Shown here in pieces: positions 20,384 through 30,054 of a DNA stretch of 64,000 nt. A program made the translations under genes and the position numbers. Position 1 is the first letter of the stretch; each line of letters starts with the position of its first letter. Below the pieces are notes generated by a model, which was not told the DNA's origin, did not search any database, and was given only the letters and a program-made list of their open reading frames with translations. The stretch spans positions 78,111 through 142,110 of the forward strand of contig CAVVUS010000043.1 in NCBI GenBank assembly GCA_963751345.1, in the 5' to 3' direction. This DNA comes from an uncultured Chloroflexia bacterium (GTDB lineage: Bacteria; Chloroflexota; Anaerolineae; B4-G1; SLSP01).

Positions 20384-21735
20384 CGCCTTAGGTTGGTCAG
20401 GGCCTGACTTGCAGCCGCCTCGGGTGACACCACGTCTTGCAGAAGCAAGGCTGTGAGCCCTGCCTGCAGAGCGCGCCTCACCGTCTGATCCACGGCGGGA
20501 GAGAGCACCTGAACACTGTTAGCAAGCAGCTCGTTGAGAAAGTCAGTTGCCTCCGGGGAGAGAGAGTAGGCCTCGATGGCCTGGCGCCTTGTGGGCACCA
20601 TCTCAGCCGCACGCGTGAGATCGGCCATATGCTGTGCGGAGACGAGCCAGCGTATCAGACCCAGGGCCACCTCGCGGCGAGCCGGATCGTCTGTCACAAT
20701 CGCCAACCCCCACGTGTGCAAGATTGTCATAGGGGATCCTTGCGCAGTGGGCACCCAGGTGGGCGAAGACGGCCTGACGTCAGCATTCGCGCTGCCAGAC
20801 GCGAGCCAATACGTCCCTGCCGGGACAGGTGTCAGTTGCCCTGCACCTTCCTGGAATCGAGCCCAGCAGGCGGCGGCATCTGGGAGTCCCAGGACCGTCT
20901 CAGTGTCCAACCACCCCGCGTCACGCATCTCCCAGAAAAAGCCGTAGACGTATTCGAGGCTGGTTCGATCCAACGTAGCCTGCCCGCCTTGATCCACGAC
21001 ACGACCTCCCGATCCGAGGTACATGGCGAGCAGGGCGTCGTCGGCTATGCCATCCGGAGGGGCACCGGGAAAGAGCATCTGGTAGCTCCCACTCAAGACG
21101 GCCGTCCAGGAAATAGGTGCCGTCTCGGAGAGAATGGGTGAATACGCCATTTGCTCAGCCTCTGCAACGTACGGAAAGGCCCATAGCCCTTGAGCCGTCG
21201 TGACGGCGCCCAACGCCGTTGCGAAGTAGCCCGAATCCGAGGGCAGGGCATCATCCATGGGTAGAATCAGACCCGCGTCGGCGGCGGCAACCAAATCATA
21301 CTGGTTCAAAAGAATCACATCAGGGAGCACGGTAGGAGCGACTTCGGCGGCCGTGGTGATGAGATTGAGAATTCCGCCGGCACCCGTGTCCTTCTTTGCA
21401 CTTATCTGCACGTCGACATTCGGCGAGGTATCGGCGAAATTCCGGACCTGGGCATTGAGAACCTCGGCAACAGCCGTGTCCGCGTCGGGATTCAGGAACT
21501 CGGGCACCCAGAACTGCAGTGTCAAGATCTGTGACGCAGGGGTAGCCGTCATCTCAGGCGTCGCAGTCGGCGCTGGAGTAGGCGTGGAAGCTGGTGTTGC
21601 CGTGGGCTGCCCGGTAGGTTGGCCAAGAAAGGGCAAAGGGAGGTTCGGCACCCACGAGCATCCGGTCAGCAGACTGAGACAGACCAGCAGACATCCGCTT
21701 ATGCGCACGACTGACCACCTGTTAGAGCCCCTCAT
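20380..21735 (-). CDS. ABC-type extracellular solute-binding lipoprotein (sugar family)
   Basis: Lipobox LLTGC, P/T linker, LPDVILL and WAFPY SBP-like segments; no permease genes adjacent. Confidence 0.7.
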   Translation of the reverse strand: MRGSNRWSVVRISGCLLVCLSLLTGCSWVPNLPLPFLGQPTGQPTATPASTPTPAPTATPEMTATPASQILTLQFWVPEFLNPDADTAVAEVLNAQVRNFADTSPNVDVQISAKKDTGAGGILNLITTAAEVAPTVLPDVILLNQYDLVAAADAGLILPMDDALPSDSGYFATALGAVTTAQGLWAFPYVAEAEQMAYSPILSETAPISWTAVLSGSYQMLFPGAPPDGIADDALLAMYLGSGGRVVDQGGQATLDRTSLEYVYGFFWEMRDAGWLDTETVLGLPDAAACWARFQEGAGQLTPVPAGTYWLASGSANADVRPSSPTWVPTAQGSPMTILHTWGLAIVTDDPARREVALGLIRWLVSAQHMADLTRAAEMVPTRRQAIEAYSLSPEATDFLNELLANSVQVLSPAVDQTVRRALQAGLTALLLQDVVSPEAAASQALTNLRR

Positions 21736-21791
21736 TACCTTACCTCGCTCAAGACCTCGCCTCAAGATCCGAACGCCTCAAGAAAGCCCAA

Positions 21792-22950
21792 CTATGGCAT
21801 GGGCGTGTTGCCCGTGTAGTTCTGGACCATAGTGTAAATCGGACGGACCTGAAATTCCGGCGTGACGAACGCATAGTAGTCTCGATAACTGTGCAGTGTC
21901 TGGGGGGTACGGAACATCCACATAGCTACCACCGGACACCAAGGCCACCGTTCGGCGGCCCATTCATACGCATCGAGCGTATACTGCACGCGTTGGGCGG
22001 GACGAACCGCCCAGGACCACCGCGGATGGTCATTCCAACCGGCCTCGGTCACGTAGATCGCTTTTTGGTCATCACCATTGAGATCCATGATCTCCCGCAG
22101 GAGCTCAACACGACGGAAGTTGAGTAAGTCTTCCGCAGGCGGCACCTCCGGTGCAAACGCCAGTCCATAGGCATGCGCCGCCAACGCATCGAAATAGGGA
22201 GCGGCCCCGGCATCATACATCCGGCGAAGATAATCGAGATCGTCGAGTCCTGCGGGGCTGCCCTCCGGTTCGAGCGTGGGGGCCAGAGCCCCTCCGAGGA
22301 CGATCATTTCCGGATCGGCCCGGTGCACCTCCGGGGTGACGGCCCGTAGCAGGTCCGTGTACGCCACAGGATCCACCGGCTGGTATCCCCATTCAAAGCT
22401 CAGATTCGGCTCGTTCCAGATGATAATGTGATGGACGGTCGCGTGATACCGGTCGACGAAGGCGACCACGAAGCGTGCAAAGTCGTCGTAGTGTTCACGA
22501 TCGAGGTAAGTCGAGGTCGTCTCCATCTCATCGGCGTCGGGTCGAGCCCAATCCGGCACCATTCCCAGGCGGGCAATGACCTGCAGGCCCTGGTTCGCAG
22601 CATTCTCGATGACCGTATCGCTGTGCTCCCAGTTGAACTCGCCGGGGCTTGACTCGATATAGGCCCACGGGAAGTACTCGACAATCCAGGGCGATCCCAT
22701 CTCGCGGACCATGGCCAGGGAGCGCTGGATCTTCCACGTCTCGACCTCATCCGTGAGCCGCGTATGGACCGCCACCTTGGAATTCGTCGTATGAACTGCC
22801 TGGGGCGCCGGAAGAGGAACCACGACGTCCGCCGGCCTCAGGACCCAAGCCGTGAGCCCAAGTGCGACAATGGCAGGCCAGCGGTACAGAAGCCACGCAA
22901 AGATCTGCGCCGGGAAGGCTGAAAGAAGATCCCTTGTCCCCACATACCCC
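21792..22950 (-). CDS. Clan GH-A glycoside hydrolase (GH5/GH39-like)
   Basis: IWNEPN acid/base motif, AHAY, IYVTEAGW nucleophile motif; N-terminal TM; start uncertain. Confidence 0.75.
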
Positions 22951-22967
22951 ATGATTATAATCAAAGT

Positions 22968-23705
22968 GTGGAAAGTCCAGTCTCGCTACTCGACACGCCT
23001 GATGTCTTCATCCGTCATCTGAAACAGGCTCTGCAACAGCCTCTGCCCGGAGTGGATGCCCAGAATGAAATGGCCCCGGCCCTGCGGCAGTCGCAGCCTC
23101 GCCCTACAGATCATCCTCGACAGTCTGCCGTGCTGGAATTGCTCCACCTGACACCTGAAGGCATAAGCCTGATCTTCACAGCGCGCCCTGTCTACCTGAA
23201 GCATCACGGGGGACAAATCTCCTTCCCGGGCGGCGGGCTTGAGGAGATCGATGCTACCTATTCGGACACGGCGCTTCGTGAGACAGAGGAGGAACTCGGA
23301 ATTGGGACTCGTGATGTAGAGATACTGGGCAAGCTAACGCCCTTGTTCATCGCCCCCAGCCAGAACCTCGTTCATCCTTACGTCGGCTGGCTTCCGCATC
23401 TTCCCCCTCTCCATCCTGACCCGGCGGAGGTGGCTTCCGTGGTCACGGTCTCACTCGTCCGGCTGCTGGATCCAAGCACACTGGGCGTCTATCATTGGCG
23501 GCGAGACGGACAGGAACTCGTCGCTCCCAGCTATCGCATCGGACAGTCCTCAATATGGGGTGCCACGGCTATGATGCTGAGTGAACTGCTGGCAGTGATT
23601 CGGCACCTGATCTCACGACACCGCCAACAGCGAAAGCCCCGAACACCCATCCTGAGAGGGGCTAGACGAGGCGCCCCACGAGATCGTACGGGAGCCCTTC
23701 GGTAA
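22968..23705 (+). CDS. Nudix CoA pyrophosphatase (NudL-like)
   Basis: HGGQISFPGG, ALRETEEELG Nudix box, IWGATA. Confidence 0.88.
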   Translation: MESPVSLLDTPDVFIRHLKQALQQPLPGVDAQNEMAPALRQSQPRPTDHPRQSAVLELLHLTPEGISLIFTARPVYLKHHGGQISFPGGGLEEIDATYSDTALRETEEELGIGTRDVEILGKLTPLFIAPSQNLVHPYVGWLPHLPPLHPDPAEVASVVTVSLVRLLDPSTLGVYHWRRDGQELVAPSYRIGQSSIWGATAMMLSELLAVIRHLISRHRQQRKPRTPILRGARRGAPRDRTGALR

Positions 23706-25023
23706 TCTCCACCGTCACGATCCGGTGCGGCGCGACGACTTCAGGGACCAACACGAGCCCGTCAATCTCGGGAGCATCCCGATACGACCGGCCGACCGTC
23801 ATATCATCCCCAGTACCCTCCAGTAACACGGAGAGCCGTCGCCCAACAAATGCCTGGTTCTTTGCGTACGAGATCTCCTGCTGCATTGTCATGACCCGAT
23901 CGTAACGGGCCTCTTTCACTTCGGGAGGCACATCGTCCGCCATGTCCGCCGCTGCCGTTCCGGACTCGTGTGAATAGGCAAATACACCCAAGCGATCGAA
24001 CTGCATCTCCTCCACGAAACCCAATAGGGCCTCAAACTCAGCATCGGTCTCCCCGGGGAAACCCACAATCATCGTCGTCCGGAGCGCAATATCCGGCATC
24101 GCTGTGCGCAACGCATCCAGCGTCCTTCGTACTTGACCGACGTCGGCAGGGCGACGCATACGCCGAAGCACATCCGGATGCGCGTGCTGAAGAGGAATAT
24201 CTACGTAGGGTAGAACTTGGGGCGTGTCTCGGACGACGGCAATCAGCCGCGGCGTGATGAAGCCCGGAAATGTATAGAGCACACGGATCCACGGCACATC
24301 CGGCACGGCGCTCGCAAGTTCCTCGAGCAGGTGCGCCAGCCCATCCCGCATCCCCAGATCCGTTCCGTAGTAGGTGGAGTCCTGGGCGATGAGGTTGATC
24401 TCCAGGACGCCGTGATCCCGAAGCTGCCGGGCATCCGCCACGATAGCATTGAGATCGCGGCTGACGGCGCGCCCCTTGATCGCCGGAATAGCACAGAACG
24501 CACATTGCCGGCTGCAGCCCTCGGCGATCTTGAGAAACGCGCTCGGCCCCGATATCACATAGCCTGGCGCCCCGGCGTCCTCGGGCATGGCGGCGAGGCG
24601 CTCCTCGATCAGCTTCAGCGTGGAACCACGGGGCGACGATAGTAGCTCGGACGCCAGGGGCACGATCTCGGTCCACGAGCGAGTTCCCAGCAGTGCATCC
24701 ACGCGAGGGACCGCCGTCCGGATGGTCTCAGGATCTCGCTGCGCCCAACATCCGGCCGCAATCAATCGCTGATGGGGTGTCAGGGCACCGGCTAGGTCCT
24801 CCAGAGTCTCCAACGATTCCGAACGCGCCAATTCAATGAAGCCACAGGTATTGACGATGACCAGATCAGCCTCGTCCGCGGTCAAGGTCGCCTCATATCC
24901 GGATCGCTGCAGGAGAACCGCCATCGCATTGGAGTCCACCGTATTCTTTGGGCACCCTAGCGATGCGATATAAAAACGAAGGGGGCGCTGAGCGCCCCCG
25001 GATCTGTTCGAAGGTCGATTCAA
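23662..25023 (-). CDS. rimO: Ribosomal protein S12 methylthiotransferase RimO
   Basis: SLGCPKN, NTCGFI, radical SAM CSRQCAFC, IAQD, GRSYRDAPEIDG; probable TTG start overlapping the rodZ stop. Confidence 0.93.
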   Translation of the reverse strand: MNRPSNRSGGAQRPLRFYIASLGCPKNTVDSNAMAVLLQRSGYEATLTADEADLVIVNTCGFIELARSESLETLEDLAGALTPHQRLIAAGCWAQRDPETIRTAVPRVDALLGTRSWTEIVPLASELLSSPRGSTLKLIEERLAAMPEDAGAPGYVISGPSAFLKIAEGCSRQCAFCAIPAIKGRAVSRDLNAIVADARQLRDHGVLEINLIAQDSTYYGTDLGMRDGLAHLLEELASAVPDVPWIRVLYTFPGFITPRLIAVVRDTPQVLPYVDIPLQHAHPDVLRRMRRPADVGQVRRTLDALRTAMPDIALRTTMIVGFPGETDAEFEALLGFVEEMQFDRLGVFAYSHESGTAAADMADDVPPEVKEARYDRVMTMQQEISYAKNQAFVGRRLSVLLEGTGDDMTVGRSYRDAPEIDGLVLVPEVVAPHRIVTVEITEGLPYDLVGRLV

Positions 25024-25842
25024 GAGCCCTCCAATGACGTTTCCCCTTGCGGTGTCCAGGCTCGGCGCACGATCTCTCCCTGTCCGCCCAACGTTCCCCA
25101 ATCTGTTCCATTCACGTACAACTGAAACGCTCCCCCATTACCTGTGGAGACGATCACAATCTCACTTGCCGTCGCCTGGATGACCTGCTCAGGATCGGCC
25201 ATCCCCTGAAAAACGACACTCTCGTCGGCAGAAACACTGACCCACGCGTGGCTTAAGGGCACCAACCTGATAGCTTACGGTTCCGTCTGCAGAGATCGGG
25301 AAACTGGGCGTGGACTGCGGGGTGGCAAGAGATGTGATTTGTGCGGTAGCTGTCGGCGTCAGCCGTGGTGTCGGAACCGGCGCCCCTGCCGCGAGGCCCT
25401 GACCAAACTGCAGCCAGGCCAAACTGGCCAAAGCTACCAGTCCGAAAAAGACGATAACCACCACCAAGAGTTTGATGAGTCCGTTCGAGGAATTTGCCAG
25501 CACAGCAGCCCGCTCTTCCTCGACGGAGGGGGCCGGAGGCGCCCAGGTGCGCGGGCCGGCCCGATTCGGCACCTCGATCTCCGGAATCCGCGGCTGCACT
25601 GGGAGGCCGCGAACCTCGGCGTCATAGCGAGCCAGAGCCTCCTCCGTCGGCAGTCCCAGGTAGCGGGCATAGTTTCGAAGAAAGCCGCGCGCCTGAATCG
25701 GTCCGGGGAGTGCCTCATAGTCACCCAGCTCGAGCGCCTGAAGGTAACGGCGTCGGATCCGTAAAGCGCGGACGACATCCTCCAGATCCACCTTCCGCGT
25801 CTCGCGCGAGCGACGGAGCCAGACACCCAAACTATCGGTCAT
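25020..25842 (-). CDS. rodZ: RodZ-like HTH-TM-DUF4115 protein; frameshift near 25260
   Basis: LGVWLRRSRE...LRIRRRYLQALE.G...LPG...RGFLRNYARYLGL, one TM, then WVSVSAD...GN.G...VNG...LG in ORF 25020..25265. Confidence 0.75.
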
Positions 25843-26294
25843 TAAACCTCGATTGCTTCGACAGCCACTTTGATGTGGCCGCGCACGCCCCCCTCGAGCT
25901 TTAGCTCAACAGCATGATCACCCACATCACGAATCGGACGATCTAGCAATACCCATCGCTTGTCGAAATCCGCACCCAGTACGTGTGCGACTCTCTCTGC
26001 AATGTCGGCCGACGTAATCGAACCGTAGAGGCGTCCCGTCTCGCCGGCCTTCACCTTGAAAGCAAGCACCTGGTCCTCGAGCTGGGCGGCGATCGCTTGA
26101 GCGCGTTCGCGGGCGCGATCTTCTTGCCGGCTCTCACTTTGGGCGTGCTGCTTTGCCGCATTGATCCGCCCCTCTGTCGCACGAACGGCTAGCCCGCGTG
26201 GCAATAGGTAGTTGCGCGCATAGCCATCACTAACCGCTACGACTTGCTGCGCCTTGCCTACGCCCGGAACATCCTTTTTCAAGAACACTTTCAT
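25842..26294 (-). CDS. rplI: 50S ribosomal protein L9
   Basis: MKVFLKKDVPGVGK...VSDGYARNYLLPRGLA, GRLYGSITSADI. Confidence 0.96.
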   Translation of the reverse strand: MKVFLKKDVPGVGKAQQVVAVSDGYARNYLLPRGLAVRATEGRINAAKQHAQSESRQEDRARERAQAIAAQLEDQVLAFKVKAGETGRLYGSITSADIAERVAHVLGADFDKRWVLLDRPIRDVGDHAVELKLEGGVRGHIKVAVEAIEV

Positions 26295-26320
26295 TGAGTC
26301 CCTCCGGTCCGGAAAGTAGG

Positions 26321-26336
26321 TGTTTCACGTGAAACA
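26321..26336. promoter_or_regulatory. parS site (ParB-binding centromere)
   Basis: Perfect 16-bp palindrome TGTTTCACGTGAAACA matching the widespread bacterial parS consensus. Confidence 0.9.
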
Positions 26337-26484
26337 CCCCTATCATATCGTATCAGGCCTCAAAGGCCAGAGGTCAGTCGGTCAACGTTCGAGCTCTGCA
26401 GATTATATCGTGTCTCACGTTGCGGCAAGAAGCAGCGCGGTTCCATGCATTGCTTCTGAGGTTGTTGCTCGGCTTGGCTGCTTA

Positions 26485-27042
26485 TCAGCCGAAGATGCGG
26501 GTCTGTATGACCAGGAGGATTCGATAGATTCTCTGCAACAGTGTAGGGTGTTCAACCATGCCAATGCCGGCCTGATACGTCGCCAGCCCTTCTTGTCGCC
26601 GCCCGGACCTGAACATAGAAAGGCCAAGAGCTAGCAGCGTGTCCCCCTGCTTCTGACGATCACCTAATTCCTGGAAGATCGATGCGGCCACGCCCCACGA
26701 ACGCTCGGCATCCTCACGTCGCTTCATCGAGGCATACACACTGGCGAGATTCCCCAAGGCCTGCGCTTGCCGCGCTTGATCGTCAATGCGCACAAACAAT
26801 CGCTGGGCCTCCTCCAACGAATCAAGCGCTTCCTCCCAACGGCCTTGTTTCCGCCGAATGATGCCGATGTTATTCAGCATCTCCCCAACTTCCGCCTCTT
26901 GATCCTCTTCCGCGAAGGACTCCATCGCCTCACTGAATCGGCGCACCGCTTCATCGTAGAGACCTTCCTGGAAGAGACGCAGGCCCTCCTGTTGGAGCTC
27001 ACTTGCCTTAGATTCGACCATATGACTCCTTATCGCGGTCAC
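26485..27042 (-). CDS. Tetratricopeptide repeat protein
   Basis: Repeated TPR helices (EMLNNIG, QALGNLA, DTLLALG). Confidence 0.8.
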   Translation of the reverse strand: MTAIRSHMVESKASELQQEGLRLFQEGLYDEAVRRFSEAMESFAEEDQEAEVGEMLNNIGIIRRKQGRWEEALDSLEEAQRLFVRIDDQARQAQALGNLASVYASMKRREDAERSWGVAASIFQELGDRQKQGDTLLALGLSMFRSGRRQEGLATYQAGIGMVEHPTLLQRIYRILLVIQTRIFG

Positions 27043-27047
27043 GCCTA

Positions 27048-27725
27048 TCAGTACGTGATCTCGAGGATGCCCTCGGCAATCGCACGTAACTCGCCTGCCG
27101 GCATCTGCGACAATTTCATAGCCAGCTCAAGGTAGCTCTGGTTGATCGGCTTGAGGACGAACTCGCGAACTTCCGCCGGCAGTTGGCTGAACTGAGTGAA
27201 CTGAGCGTGCTGCGTGTGCCACATCCCGACCTCGCTGTCGCGATCCATAAAGTAGTCCAGCGTCACCCCCATCCCGCGCCCGATGATTTCCAGATCAGCG
27301 ACGGCGATCCCTCGTCGTCCGTATTCGTAGTCAGATATCGTCGATGCCGAACACCCCAGTAGTTCCGCGACATCCGCCTGGGTCCGCTCGGTCTCCTGGC
27401 GCAATTGGCGAAGTCGTGCTCCGACGATGCGATGACGCAGAGGCAAGAAGATCTCGGGATTGGGTAGCTGAGACTCCTTCGTGTCCTCATTGAGCGAATC
27501 TGTGCCCCGGAAGGTCGCCAACGGAGCTTCGAGATATCGAGCCAAGAGCTCAAGTTCGGGAAGTGAGACGGCCCGAGTTCCATCCTCGTAGCTCGCCAAG
27601 CGACTCACCGAGATCCCCAGCGCGGCCGCACATTCACGCCGCGAGGCATGCGCCTGATCACGAACGCTACGAATCATGATTCCTAGAATGCGGTTGCGTA
27701 ACTCGCTGATCTCTTGATCCGCCAT
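27048..27725 (-). CDS. Tandem XRE-family helix-turn-helix regulator
   Basis: Two XRE HTH domains (SRRECAAALGIS...YEDG; TQADVAELLGCS..TISDYEYG). Confidence 0.8.
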   Translation of the reverse strand: MADQEISELRNRILGIMIRSVRDQAHASRRECAAALGISVSRLASYEDGTRAVSLPELELLARYLEAPLATFRGTDSLNEDTKESQLPNPEIFLPLRHRIVGARLRQLRQETERTQADVAELLGCSASTISDYEYGRRGIAVADLEIIGRGMGVTLDYFMDRDSEVGMWHTQHAQFTQFSQLPAEVREFVLKPINQSYLELAMKLSQMPAGELRAIAEGILEITY

Positions 27726-27824
27726 AGCTACTCCTTCTGCGCAGATTCAATAAGCACAAATACAAGATTACTGCAAGAATCAGTGCTACGGGGTGCGGCA
27801 TAACAATCGCCCCAGACAGATTTC

Positions 27825-27833
27825 ATTATAGCA
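27825..27833 (-). promoter_or_regulatory. Extended -10 promoter element for the XRE gene
   Basis: Minus strand TGCTATAAT about 100 nt upstream of the ATG at 27725. Confidence 0.5.
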
Positions 27834-27889
27834 TAGTCCAACTGGGCCAACAAACCGGAGGCGTCGGGAACGCAATGGGGGACTTCTCA

Positions 27890-28330
27890 CTTATCTGCAG
27901 ACTTATCCACAGAGGGGCATGCCCCAAGGAATAGGGATGTTACCACCTCTCTCCCCCAGGACTGGGACCATGGCCTTTGAAAGGCGCCTCATGCGACGGT
28001 CTCGGTTGAGCAAAGCTGTGGAGAAACCCCCTGTTTTCCGTGGAAAACTGTTCAGAATCGGGGAGAACTAGGGTCATTCCCAACAGCTGACGTCACCCTC
28101 AAGGCGTCTCCGCTCACTCCTTCTGAGACCTCAATCTCAGTGGTTCGGCTGCTTCCACGCACACACTCTCCACATGAAATCGCGGGCAGCTTTCCGTGGA
28201 TCTGGGCCATGGGGACTGGGGGTGTCCCCACATCTTGGGAAAATCACGAGTTTTCCACACAATCCCATGCCCTACTACGAAGACTATCTCTTATGTTTAC
28301 CTTACTCCAAAATCCATGAATAGGGTCAAA
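27890..28330. other. Probable chromosomal replication origin (oriC)
   Basis: Non-coding; TTATCCACA at 27903-27911 plus near-matches at 27891, 28017, 28039, 28166, 28224 and 28251; CTA-type trios at 28272-28286; AT-richer segment after them; gene-strand switch; parS nearby. Confidence 0.75.
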
Positions 28331-28416
28331 TCAGAAGAAACCTGCAGGCCAAAGACCGGTGGTTGGCGAGCGTACATTGCTGATGATCGGCTTCAATGTG
28401 AAGGGCGGGCAATAAA

Positions 28417-28447
28417 GAGAGCCTTTCTCCGATTAGAGAAAGGCTCT
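28417..28447. terminator. Hairpin downstream of tRNA-Glu
   Basis: AGAGCCTTTCTC-CGATTA-GAGAAAGGCTCT inverted repeat. Confidence 0.6.
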
Positions 28448-28448
28448 A

Positions 28449-28521
28449 TGGCCCCAGGGGAAGTCGAATCCCCGTTTCCGGCTTGAGAGGCCAGCGTCCT
28501 AGACCACTAGACGATGGGGCC
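28449..28521 (-). tRNA. tRNA-Glu (CTC)
   Basis: Minus strand GGCCCCATCGTCTAGTGGTCTAGGACGCTGGCCT-CTC-AAGCCGGAAACGGGGATTCGACTTCCCCTGGGGCCA folds as a cloverleaf; CCA not encoded. Confidence 0.95.
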
Positions 28522-28593
28522 CCAACGGCAGTCATTGTAACCGATACGACTTTGCTGTCAAGTTGCTGCAGCGTGAGCCTCGCTGGATCAGTT

Positions 28594-28622
28594 TTGACAT
28601 GTCATCTGCTCCTTCGTATAAT
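28594..28622 (+). promoter_or_regulatory. Consensus sigma70 promoter for the ECF sigma gene
   Basis: TTGACA-17 nt-TATAAT, a perfect match, 48 nt upstream of the ATG at 28670. Confidence 0.8.
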
Positions 28623-28669
28623 CTCTTGCGTGAGTTATTACATCAAGTGTATGTCCGACGCGTGGTGCT

Positions 28670-29317
28670 ATGGCCTCCGATACGGAACGCAGTAATGAGG
28701 AGTGGCTGCAAGCGTTGCAGGGATCTCCGCGCCCCCAGGCGTTGGACGATCTCCGGGATCGGTTGTTGCGTGGGTTGCGCTACGCCCTCAAACAGCGGTA
28801 TCACATAACCGAGTCGGATCTGGAGGATTTCGTCCAGGAAGCGTTGGTCAAGATCCTCGACAATCTGGATACTTTTCGAGGCGAAAGCAAGTTCACGACG
28901 TGGGCTCAGAAGATTGCTGTGCGGGTGGCGTTCTCTGAATTACGTCGAAAGCGCTGGGAGAATATCGCGCTGCAGGATCTCGTCCCGGATGACACCTCGG
29001 ATAGTGCGTCTTCGGAGTCGTCCCCCCTAAGTTGGATTCCCTCTTCGGAGCCTACACCCGAACGCCAGGTGACGCAGCAGGACCTCAGGGTCCTCTTGGC
29101 CGACCTGATCGAACACGAACTGACGGATCTCCAACGTCGTGCCGTCGTGGCCGTGATCTTGAACGAAATGCCGATAGAGGAGGTTGCGAGGCGAATGGGC
29201 AGCAATCGCAACGCTTTGTACAAGTTGCTCCACGATGCCCGGCAACGACTCAAGGTGCGTCTTGAGGCGCAAGGCATATCCGTTGAAGAGGTCTTTGCAT
29301 CCTTCGCGTCAGAATAG
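28670..29317 (+). CDS. ECF-type RNA polymerase sigma factor
   Basis: EDFVQEA...FRGESKFTTW (region 2), EEVARRMG..RNALYKLLHDAR (region 4). Confidence 0.9.
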   Translation: MASDTERSNEEWLQALQGSPRPQALDDLRDRLLRGLRYALKQRYHITESDLEDFVQEALVKILDNLDTFRGESKFTTWAQKIAVRVAFSELRRKRWENIALQDLVPDDTSDSASSESSPLSWIPSSEPTPERQVTQQDLRVLLADLIEHELTDLQRRAVVAVILNEMPIEEVARRMGSNRNALYKLLHDARQRLKVRLEAQGISVEEVFASFASE

Positions 29318-29422
29318 CGCATCTGGGCGAAGAGTGTCGCCGATTCTCCCCGGTCTGGTACAGTCTTGGTAAGATCCGGTCTTTGGTTGGCGTCATAACT
29401 ATGGACAAGGCATTGATAGTCA

Positions 29423-29668
29423 ATGATGAGTTTAGAGTCTAAGAAGCTCCAGCACCTGGTGCGCGACATCCTCACCACACAGACCGACGAAATCGGGTGT
29501 GACACGTGTTTCGCCCAGTTGGATCTCTTTGTTGAGATGATCCTCACAGGTCAGGACGCAGCCTCTGCGATGCCGTTGGTGCAAGCACATCTGGATCGCT
29601 GCATTGCGTGTCGCGAGGAGTTTGAGGCATTGCTCTTCGCATTGAAATACCTCTCCCAACAGTCTTAG
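29423..29668 (+). CDS. Small zinc-finger anti-sigma-like protein (ZAS)
   Basis: CDTC and HLDRCIAC (HxxxCxxC) motifs; directly downstream of the ECF sigma gene. Confidence 0.7.
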   Translation: MMSLESKKLQHLVRDILTTQTDEIGCDTCFAQLDLFVEMILTGQDAASAMPLVQAHLDRCIACREEFEALLFALKYLSQQS

Positions 29669-30004
29669 CCTCTGATTCCGTTCCTCTGATTCTGGCTTAG
29701 CGCTCTGGCTCCTATTGAGTGGATATCGCTATACCCGCGCTGCCTGGTGCAACTTAGGCCCAACCTTGTGCACCAAATGCAACGAGTACCAACGCAAGCC
29801 ACACCTCTGACGCGTAAGTTCCATGATACGCTGGATGCGTTGTCAATACTCAGTGACCACCCAGACAGAGCGGTCCGCTCAAGACTGAACAAACCCAATA
29901 CCGATGCCCCGGCGTTACCAATAGCGTGCCGCAGTCGGGGTGCCAGCCCGGCTATGGGGTGCATGAGCTCTAGTGTTGCTCAGTTTCTGTCGTCATGATG
30001 TCGA

Positions 30005-30054
30005 TTCTGGGCGCGTCCACCCAGTCTTCTGGGCGCGCTGCACTTCTGGGCGCG
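30005..30054 (+). repeat. Three direct copies of TTCTGGGCGCG
   Basis: Copies at 30005, 30027 and 30044 in the intergenic region upstream of the act cluster. Confidence 0.7.

Noticed and set aside
28449-28521. tRNA-Glu as the integration site of a genomic island
   Set aside because: No integrase and no duplicated tRNA 3' end were seen in the window.
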